This document shows, one piece after another, positions 18,028 through 25,321 of a stretch of DNA of 32,000 nucleotides. The stretch's first letter is position 1; the number at the start of each line of letters is the position of its first letter. A model generated the notes under the pieces. The model was not told the origin of the DNA, searched no databases, and was given only the letters and a program-made list of their open reading frames with translations. Both the position numbers and the translations under genes were made by a program. This stretch comes from Geotalea uraniireducens Rf4 (lineage in GTDB: Bacteria; Desulfobacterota; Desulfuromonadia; Geobacterales; Geobacteraceae): assembly GCF_000016745.1 (NCBI RefSeq), contig NC_009483.1:2580001-2612000 (forward strand), read 5' to 3'.

Positions 18028-18767
18028 AAATTCTCCGTATTCTTGAACACTCCCAACCTGAAATAGTCGCACATTTCCGTGCCGACCCGTGAGTTTGCCA
18101 TGAGCGGGTTCAGCCCCCAGTTGGTCGGGCAAGAGGAAAGCGCCTCGATAAAGGAAAATCCTTTTCCTTCCACCTGATACTGAAAGGCTTTTTTGATCTG
18201 CTTTTTGGCGTCCATCAGGTTCTTGGGCGAATTAACCGCCACCCGCGCAGAGAATGCCACACCTTCCAGTTGCGACAGAAGTTCGGCCATCCTGATGGGT
18301 GCCCCGTCCTTTGACTGATTTCTGCCGTAGGGGGAGGTTGAAGTTTTCTGACCGACCAGGGTGGTCGGCGCCATCTGCCCACCAGTCATTCCATAGGTCG
18401 TGTTGTTAACGAAAATAACGGTAATATCTTCGCCACGGTTAGCAGCATGGATAATTTCAGCAGTGCCGATGGCAGCAAGGTCCCCGTCACCTTGATAGGT
18501 AAAGACGAAGCTCTCCGGCTTCGCCCGTTTCACACCGGTCGCCACCGCTGCAGCGCGGCCATGGGGCGCCTCCACAACATCGACATCGAAATAGCCGTAG
18601 AGAAAGACCGAGCACCCGACCGACGCAACGCCGATGGTCCGTTTCTGCACGCCAAATTCATCCATCGCCTCGGCAACGAGACGGTGAATCGTGCCATGGT
18701 GACAACCCGGGCAGAAATGGGTCTGCACGTCCTTCAGACTTACCGGCTTTTTGAAAACCTGCTGCAT
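18024..18767 (-). CDS. korB: 2-oxoacid:ferredoxin oxidoreductase, beta (TPP-binding) subunit
   Basis: FCPGCHHG and GDGD...NN TPP-binding motifs are present. The start was set to the ATG at 18767 (MQQVFKKPV..., GAGGT 8 nt upstream). The 25 extra codons in the ORF track are translated heptad repeats. Confidence 0.88.
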   Translation of the reverse strand: MQQVFKKPVSLKDVQTHFCPGCHHGTIHRLVAEAMDEFGVQKRTIGVASVGCSVFLYGYFDVDVVEAPHGRAAAVATGVKRAKPESFVFTYQGDGDLAAIGTAEIIHAANRGEDITVIFVNNTTYGMTGGQMAPTTLVGQKTSTSPYGRNQSKDGAPIRMAELLSQLEGVAFSARVAVNSPKNLMDAKKQIKKAFQYQVEGKGFSFIEALSSCPTNWGLNPLMANSRVGTEMCDYFRLGVFKNTENL

Positions 18768-18786
18768 AGAAAAACCTCGTAAAATG

Positions 18787-18903
18787 GGGATCAGGGATCG
18801 GGGAACTGGGACCAGGGACTTGGGATCGGGGATCAGTAACAAACTCTAATCCGCCAGTTCCCAGTTCCCAGTTCCCAGTTCCCAGTTCCCAGTTCCCAGT
18901 TCC
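18787..18903. repeat. Inverted pair of 7x7-nt arrays. Left: GGGATCA GGGATCG GGGAACT GGGACCA GGGACTT GGGATCG GGGATCA. A 19-nt spacer follows. Right: (CAGTTCC)x7
   Basis: Counted base by base. The left array spans 18787-18835 (degenerate), the spacer 18836-18854, and the right array 18855-18903 (perfect). It fills almost the whole korA-korB spacer. Confidence 0.95.
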
Positions 18904-18906
18904 CAA

Positions 18907-19962
18907 TCAATAATATTTCCTGATCTGCTCAAACAGTTCTTCAGGAGTCGGAAGCGATCCGGCTCCCGGTGGTCTACCGTAAAAATAAACCTCCGCATCC
19001 CTGGCGACGGAAAGTCGGACGTCTTCAACCATCTGGCCGGTGTTGAGCTCGATATCAAGCACCTTTTTACATTGTTGCGTCGCCTGCAGCAAAGCCTTTT
19101 CCGGAAATGGAAAAAGGGTTACGGGTCGTAGCAATCCGACCTTGAGTCCCGCATCTCTCGCCATCAGGACGGCAGTTTTGACAATCCGCGCCGTGGAGCC
19201 GAAGGCAGTGACCAGCAGTTGGGCATCGGCAGTCTCGAACTCTTCCCAGCGGGTCTCTCTTTCCTTCAGTTCCTGATACTTTGCATGCAGCCGCCAATTA
19301 TGGGCTTCCAGTTCACCATCGCCGAGAAAGAGGGATTTGACGACCCGCTGTTCACCGTCACCCTTCCCCCTGACCGCCCAATCCTTGGGAGGAAGTTTTG
19401 TTTCCGGCCTTCTGTTGGCGACAAGGGCTTCCTTCATCTGTCCCACGACCGAATCACCCAGGACCATGGCCGGCATCCGGTAAATGTCGGCAAGGTCAAA
19501 AGCAAGCATGGTGAGGTCGTACATTTCCTGAACCGATGCAGGCGCCAGCACAACGATATGATAACCACCGTGACCGCCTCCCTTGACTGACTGGAAATAG
19601 TCGGCCTGTGAAGCATCGATGCCGCCGAGTCCGGGGCCGGAACGGGAAATATTGACGATGACGCCTGGCAACTCGGACCCTGCCATATAAGAAATTCCCT
19701 CCTGCTTAAGGGAAATCCCGGGGCTCGATGACGATGTCATGGCACGTACGCCGGTTGCGGACGCGCCCAAAAGCATATTGATGGACGCAATTTCGCTTTC
19801 GGCCTGAATGAATTCTCCGCCGAGCTTGGGCAATTCACGGGAAAGGTATTCCGGGATGTCGCTCTGGGGAGTGATCGGATAGCCGAAATAGTAGCGACAG
19901 CCGGCCTCTATGGCAGCCATTGCAACGGCCTCGTTCCCTTTAACAAACAAACGCTTTGCCAA
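18907..19962 (-). CDS. korA: 2-oxoacid:ferredoxin oxidoreductase, alpha subunit
   Basis: ...[28 protein letters not shown]... is typical of the POR/KOR alpha N-terminus. I chose the TTG at 19962 ([11 protein letters not shown]) because GGAGGT lies 5 nt upstream; the ATG at 19992 has no SD. Confidence 0.88.
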   Translation of the reverse strand: MAKRLFVKGNEAVAMAAIEAGCRYYFGYPITPQSDIPEYLSRELPKLGGEFIQAESEIASINMLLGASATGVRAMTSSSSPGISLKQEGISYMAGSELPGVIVNISRSGPGLGGIDASQADYFQSVKGGGHGGYHIVVLAPASVQEMYDLTMLAFDLADIYRMPAMVLGDSVVGQMKEALVANRRPETKLPPKDWAVRGKGDGEQRVVKSLFLGDGELEAHNWRLHAKYQELKERETRWEEFETADAQLLVTAFGSTARIVKTAVLMARDAGLKVGLLRPVTLFPFPEKALLQATQQCKKVLDIELNTGQMVEDVRLSVARDAEVYFYGRPPGAGSLPTPEELFEQIRKYY

Positions 19963-20083
19963 ATGTACCTCCGGTAACATCAACTGAAACAATAACTAAT
20001 ACTACACTACAAATTTTACATAAAAGCAGGAAACTATATCCCTGTTCAAATAGCTTGTCTGCAATAAGTTGTTTTCAGAATTA

Positions 20084-20287
20084 TTATTTGAAGACGACAA
20101 TAGCAACGTCCGGACACATTTCGGCACACAATGCACAGCCGATGCATTTATCTTGAGAAGTTATCTGAGCAGGTGTATACCCTTGGTGATTGATCTTGTC
20201 GCTCAATAGCAACAACTTGTGCGGACAGGCTATGGTGCATATTCCACATCCTTTACATCTCAGCTCATCTATTTTTATCAACGCCAT
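20084..20287 (-). CDS. korD: 2-oxoacid:ferredoxin oxidoreductase, delta subunit (2x[4Fe-4S] ferredoxin)
   Basis: 67 aa with CKGCGICTIACP and CIGCALCAEMCP cluster motifs. Confidence 0.85.
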   Translation of the reverse strand: MALIKIDELRCKGCGICTIACPHKLLLLSDKINHQGYTPAQITSQDKCIGCALCAEMCPDVAIVVFK

Positions 20288-20479
20288 TATAACTTCCCTT
20301 AATTTGCTTAGAGACCCGGATTATTACACGTTTTAAACAAAACTAACAGATGTTTACCGGATGAGTCAACGGTTTTAATTTATGCAAATTTTCATTTATT
20401 GCTTGATTTCGTTCAATAATGTAGTTAAATATAAAAAATTGAATCATAATATTTTATATCTGACAAGGAGGAATAAAAC

Positions 20480-21049
20480 ATGGCCTCAACATTACTGGAA
20501 CTTACTGCCAACATCGTCTCTTCACATGCATCTGTATCAGAGATGTCCGGTGAAGAACTACTTCAGGAACTGCAAAAAGTTTATTCTGCATTGCAAAAAC
20601 TTGAAACCGTCCCTGTAGAAACTGGTGAACAAGCTGAAGTGAAAACTCCGGCAATCTCCCTTAAGAAAGCCTTTCAACCCGACCAGGTATCCTGTATGAT
20701 CTGCGGCAAGACCGGCATGAAGACCCTTGCCCGCCACCTGGCACAGGTACACAATATGAAGCCGGGTGCATACAGAAAGCAGTTCGGCATTCCCAGCACC
20801 CAGGCACTCACCGCCAAGAATTTTTCAGAAGCCAGAAGAAAAATGGCCCAGGACAGGGGACTTGCCGATAATCTGGCAAAAGCCAGAGCCGTAAGAGCTG
20901 CAAATATAAAGGCAAAAACAGCCGCACCGGAAAAAGCGGCCAAGGCAGCAAAAACAGCTCCCAAGGCAGCTCCAAAAGCAGCAGCAAAAGCTGCGCCTAA
21001 AGCAAAACCGGTAACGGCAAAAGCCGCACCAAAGGCAAAAAAGGCATAG
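20480..21049 (+). CDS. mucR: MucR/Ros-family zinc-finger transcriptional regulator with a Lys/Ala/Pro-rich histone-H1-like C-terminal tail
   Basis: ...VSCMICGKTGMKTLARHLAQVHNMKPGAYRKQFGIPSTQALTAKNFSEARRKMA... aligns by eye to the Ros/MucR C2H2 domain. AAGGAGGA lies upstream of the ATG. The tail is KAKTAAPEKAAKAAKTAPKAAPKAAAKAAPKAKPVTAKAAPKAKKA. Confidence 0.88.
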   Translation: MASTLLELTANIVSSHASVSEMSGEELLQELQKVYSALQKLETVPVETGEQAEVKTPAISLKKAFQPDQVSCMICGKTGMKTLARHLAQVHNMKPGAYRKQFGIPSTQALTAKNFSEARRKMAQDRGLADNLAKARAVRAANIKAKTAAPEKAAKAAKTAPKAAPKAAAKAAPKAKPVTAKAAPKAKKA

Positions 21050-21083
21050 AGCATAGATTTTATTGCATCATCCTTTTGAATAG

Positions 21084-21112
21084 CCGCTCACTCTCCCGTG
21101 AGCGGTTTTTTT
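21084..21112 (+). terminator. Intrinsic terminator after mucR
   Basis: CCGCTCAC-tctccc-GTGAGCGG followed by T7. Confidence 0.85.
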
Positions 21113-21184
21113 CATTTCACCCCGCCCTTTCCCGCCATTCGATCAAGCGATAATGCTGCATAATTTATAATATTTCGCCCACTC

Positions 21185-21236
21185 GTCAACCACAATTCCA
21201 AATCAGGTTGACAACAACCGATCCGCCATGTTAATT
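21185..21236 (+). promoter_or_regulatory. bio operon promoter (TTGACA-N17-TTAATT) overlapped by a BirA-type operator GTCAACC-N14-GGTTGAC
   Basis: Perfect 7-bp inverted arms lie at 21185-21191 and 21206-21212 with a 14-nt spacer. This is the same architecture as the E. coli bioO half sites (TGTAAACC...GGTTTACA). The right arm overlaps the -35 hexamer at 21208-21213, and the -10 is at 21231-21236. Confidence 0.55.
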
Positions 21237-21256
21237 CATGGATCGGAGGAAACCAC

Positions 21257-22243
21257 ATGGAAAATACGATTGAGGCATTAACAGGCCGCATTATAAATGG
21301 CGAAGCTATAACCCATGCGGAAGCTCTGGAGCTTTCGCAAATGGAAGGATCAGCCCTATTCCCGCTCTTTTGTGTGGCAAACCGCATCAAGGAGCATTTT
21401 GTCGGAGACAAAGTCTATCTCTGCTCCATCATCAACGCCAAATCCGGCCGTTGCCCTGAAAACTGTTCATTTTGCGCCCAATCGGCCCATCATAAGACCG
21501 ATGCGCCGGTCTATTCATTGGTTGACGAAGACAAGATGGTAGCCTGCGCCCATGAAGCGGAAAAAAACGGCTCCTCTTGCTACGGAATCATCACCAGTGG
21601 CACATCGATCAACAAGGGAGAAGAATTGACGCGGATCTGCCGGGCGGTGAAACGGATCAGGCAGGAAACCGGCATCACACCTTCATGCTCCCTCGGCATC
21701 ATCGATTATGAGACGGCGCTCGCCCTTAAAGATGCAGGTGTAGAAACTTACCACCACAACCTGGAGACGGCCAGAAGCTTTTTCCCCAACGTTTGCACTA
21801 CCCATGATTACGAAGAAGATGTGGAAACCGTGAGAGTCGCCAGGAAAGCCGGCATGAAGGTATGCTGCGGCGGCATCTTCGGCCTGGGAGAGAGCATTCC
21901 CCAGCGGGTGGAAATGGCCCTCACCCTCCGGGAACTGGACGTGGATTCGGTGCCGCTCAACTTTCTCAATCCGATTCCTGGAACCAGGCTGGAAAATGCC
22001 GTAAACATAACGCCAATGGAGTGCCTGCAGACCATCGCCCTCTTCCGTATGATCCTGCCGTCAAAAAAGATCTCCGTTTGCGGTGGGCGTGAAAAAAACC
22101 TGCGCGACCTTCAATCGTGGATTTTCTTTGCCGGCGCCAGCGGCACCATGATCGGCAACTACCTGACCACCACAGGCCGGGCAGCAGAGGAGGACTGGCA
22201 GATGCTGAAAGATCTCAACCTGTCGGCGGCGAATTGTTGCGAT

Positions 22244-22246
<3 letters not shown>
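21257..22246 (+). CDS. bioB: Biotin synthase (radical SAM)
   Basis: CPENCSFCAQS forms the radical-SAM cluster motif. The typical BioB length and YHHNLET motif are present. Confidence 0.95.
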
Positions 22247-23059
<813 letters not shown>

Positions 23060-23089
23060 TGACACAAAGCCGGTAAATGGAGACAGACC

Positions 23090-24457
23090 GTGAAGAGTAT
23101 CGACACCAAAACCCTCCAGGAGTATGACCGCCGCTACGTCTGGCACCCTTTCACCCAGATGAAGGAATGGGAGGAGGAAGCCCCCCTCGTCATTGAGCGG
23201 GGTGAAGGTTCCTTCATCATCGACAGCGACGGCAACCGCTATCTGGATGGGGTTGCCGCCATCTGGACCAATGTCCATGGTCACTGCAAAAAAGAAATAA
23301 ATGAGGCAATCAAGGCCCAGGTGGACAGGCTGGAACATTCGACCCTGTTGGGATTGACCAATGACAAGGCGGCGCTGCTCGCCAAGCGTCTGGTGGAGAT
23401 AGCGCCTCCCGGTCTGAACAAGGTATTTTACTCGGACAACGGCTCGACGGCCGTGGAAATCGGCGTAAAGATGGCCTTCCAGTTCCAGCAGCACCGGGGG
23501 GGCAGATTCGCAAGGAAAACCAGATTCATCTCCTTCACCAACGCCTATCACGGGGATACGGTCGGCGCCATGAGCGTCGGCGGCATCGACATCTATCATG
23601 AGGTGTACAGCCCGCTCCTCTTCTCCACCATCAAATCTCCGGCCCCCTACTGCTACCGTTGCCGGCTCTGCGCTGGAAAAGACGAGTCAACCTGCGGCTT
23701 GCTCTGCCTGAAGGAACTGGAACGGTTGATGGCCGCCCATGCGGACGAACTGGCCGGCCTGGTTATCGAGCCGCTGGTACAGGGCGCCGGCGGCATGATC
23801 GTCCAGCCAGCCGGATTCGTTAGGAAGGTTCGAGAGTTATGTGATAAATACGATATCCTCATGATCGCCGATGAGGTAGCAGTTGGTTTCGGTCGTACCG
23901 GAGCCATGTTCGCCTGTGAAAAGGAAGGGATCACACCGGACATCATGGCGCTGTCAAAAGGGATCACTGCCGGTTACCTCCCTCTTGCAGCCACGCTCAC
24001 GACACAACGGGTCTATGACGCCTTTCTCGGTGAATACAAAGAGCTGAAGACCTTTTTCCACGGCCACACCTTCACCGGGAACCCGATCGCCTGCGCAGCC
24101 GCACTGGCAAGCCTCGACCTCTTCGAAAAGGAGCAGCTGCTTTCGAACCTGCAACCCAAGATAGATTACCTGAAAAAAAGGCTATCGTCGCTGAAACAGC
24201 TGGATCACGTGGGAGACATTCGCCAGGAAGGCATGCTCGGCGGCATCGAACTGGTGAGAGACAAAGAAACAAGGGAACCCTATCCCTGGGAAGAACGGAT
24301 CGGGGTACAGGTCTGCAAGGAGGCAAGGAAGCACGGTCTTTTCCTACGCCCACTAGGCAACGTGATCGTGGTATTTCCGCCGCTATCCATTTCGCTGTCA
24401 GAGCTCGAACAGCTCATGGACGGCATTGAGGAGTCCATCAGGGAAATAACAAGATAA
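23090..24457 (+). CDS. bioA: Adenosylmethionine-8-amino-7-oxononanoate aminotransferase
   Basis: Class-III aminotransferase with ...WHPFTQM..., IADEVAVGFGRTG and the LSKGITAGYLP (PLP lysine) motif. It sits in a bioB-bioD context. The GTG start is preceded by GGAGA. Confidence 0.92.
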   Translation: MKSIDTKTLQEYDRRYVWHPFTQMKEWEEEAPLVIERGEGSFIIDSDGNRYLDGVAAIWTNVHGHCKKEINEAIKAQVDRLEHSTLLGLTNDKAALLAKRLVEIAPPGLNKVFYSDNGSTAVEIGVKMAFQFQQHRGGRFARKTRFISFTNAYHGDTVGAMSVGGIDIYHEVYSPLLFSTIKSPAPYCYRCRLCAGKDESTCGLLCLKELERLMAAHADELAGLVIEPLVQGAGGMIVQPAGFVRKVRELCDKYDILMIADEVAVGFGRTGAMFACEKEGITPDIMALSKGITAGYLPLAATLTTQRVYDAFLGEYKELKTFFHGHTFTGNPIACAAALASLDLFEKEQLLSNLQPKIDYLKKRLSSLKQLDHVGDIRQEGMLGGIELVRDKETREPYPWEERIGVQVCKEARKHGLFLRPLGNVIVVFPPLSISLSELEQLMDGIEESIREITR

Positions 24458-24461
24458 ATGC

Positions 24462-24496
24462 AAAAAAAGGGTGGCTGATAAACAGCCACCCTTTTT
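24462..24496. terminator. Bidirectional intrinsic terminator shared by bioA (+) and the convergent glycine-zipper gene (-)
   Basis: A7-GGGTGGCTG-ataaa-CAGCCACCC-T5. Confidence 0.85.
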
Positions 24497-24505
24497 AAAT
24501 CTGTT

Positions 24506-24630
24506 ATTCCAATTCCAAATCAAGGCGCTATCTTCGTTGGCTCGTCTTCGGCTCCTCAACGTACTATCTGTACGCCTTCGTCGCCTCACTCCTCGCCGCC
24601 TTGATTTCATCCTTGATTTGAAATTGGAAT
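24506..24630. repeat. 125-nt element: 20-bp terminal inverted repeats (1 mismatch) around a strand-asymmetric C/T-rich core
   Basis: ATTCCAATTCCAAATCAAGG at 24506-24525 pairs with CCTTGATTTGAAATTGGAAT at 24611-24630. The right arm carries a direct duplication of CCTTGATTT. The core, read on the minus strand, is purine-rich with units such as AAGGCGG, CGAGGAG and ACGAAGG. Confidence 0.75.
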
Positions 24631-24646
24631 TAGAAGTAACGCTTCC

Positions 24647-25039
24647 TTAGAATTTACCCCTGAAAAACTCAGCCATGACGATTATCGGTGTCTGCCCCTT
24701 GGAATTTGGTTCCTGAATGTCAGGGATAATTGTCGGCATGGAAAACCTCACTTTACCATTTTCCATCTCGGCAAGTGACCTGGTGCTTTTTACCAGACCG
24801 TAACCGGCGCCCAACAGGACACCAGCCGCAGCACCATAACCTATACGATCCAGGTGATCGGCCGGCTTACGGGTGAATGCAATAAGCGCCGTTCCGATCA
24901 GGGTCCCCGCCAAACCACCATACAAGGAATCTTCGAAAATCTCTTTAAATGCGTTTTCCGCTGCAAAACAAGGAGCAGTCATGCTGGTTAGCAGAACTGT
25001 GGCTGTCAGTATCACCATCGTCCGTTTAATTCTGTTCAT
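24647..25039 (-). CDS. Small secreted or outer-membrane glycine-zipper protein (hypothetical)
   Basis: A signal peptide (MNRIKRTMVILTATVLLTSMTAPCFA) is followed by two G/A-rich zipper segments (GGLAGTLIGTALIA, GYGAAAGVLLGAGYG) and a C-terminal Phe. Confidence 0.65.
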   Translation of the reverse strand: MNRIKRTMVILTATVLLTSMTAPCFAAENAFKEIFEDSLYGGLAGTLIGTALIAFTRKPADHLDRIGYGAAAGVLLGAGYGLVKSTRSLAEMENGKVRFSMPTIIPDIQEPNSKGQTPIIVMAEFFRGKF

Positions 25040-25321
25040 CTGGTACTCCTTTTGAAAGAGTATGGCTCAGTCATTTAACATTAAACAGCAACAAACGAGC
25101 CAAAACCACCAGATCGAACCATCAAACTATAACACAGCTATTTCATTGATATATTCCCAGACCAAAACCATCATTCGAAGTAATTCCCCGCCTTATCATT
25201 CTTGATTGCTACAAAATCAACCGTGATATTGCTGAAACATCAGAGCCATGCGAGCAATTTAGAGTGGAAGAACAATGAGTTAGCCATAAGCCAGTTGTTT
25301 GACCATAGTGTTGCAAATTCG

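Noticed and set aside
18768-18842. 25-codon N-terminal extension of korB in the ORF track ([25 protein letters not shown]...)
   Set aside because: It is a translation of the degenerate GGGANNN heptad array. The internal ATG at 18767 has a GAGGT SD and gives the normal KorB N-terminus.
18658-19058. Two minus-strand ORFs (82 aa and 70 aa) containing [17 protein letters not shown]
   Set aside because: They are alternative-frame translations of the (GGGAACT)x7 array. They overlap korA and korB, which have clear homology in other frames.
20674-21054. 126-aa minus-strand ORF rich in A/F/G
   Set aside because: It is the antisense reading of the low-complexity Lys/Ala tail and body of mucR, which is a low-complexity artefact.
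24398-24610. 70-aa arginine-rich minus-strand ORF (MKSRRRGVRRRRRTDSTLRSRRR...)
   Set aside because: It is a translation of the purine-rich core of the inverted-repeat element. It also crosses the bidirectional terminator and the 3' end of bioA, and it has no SD.
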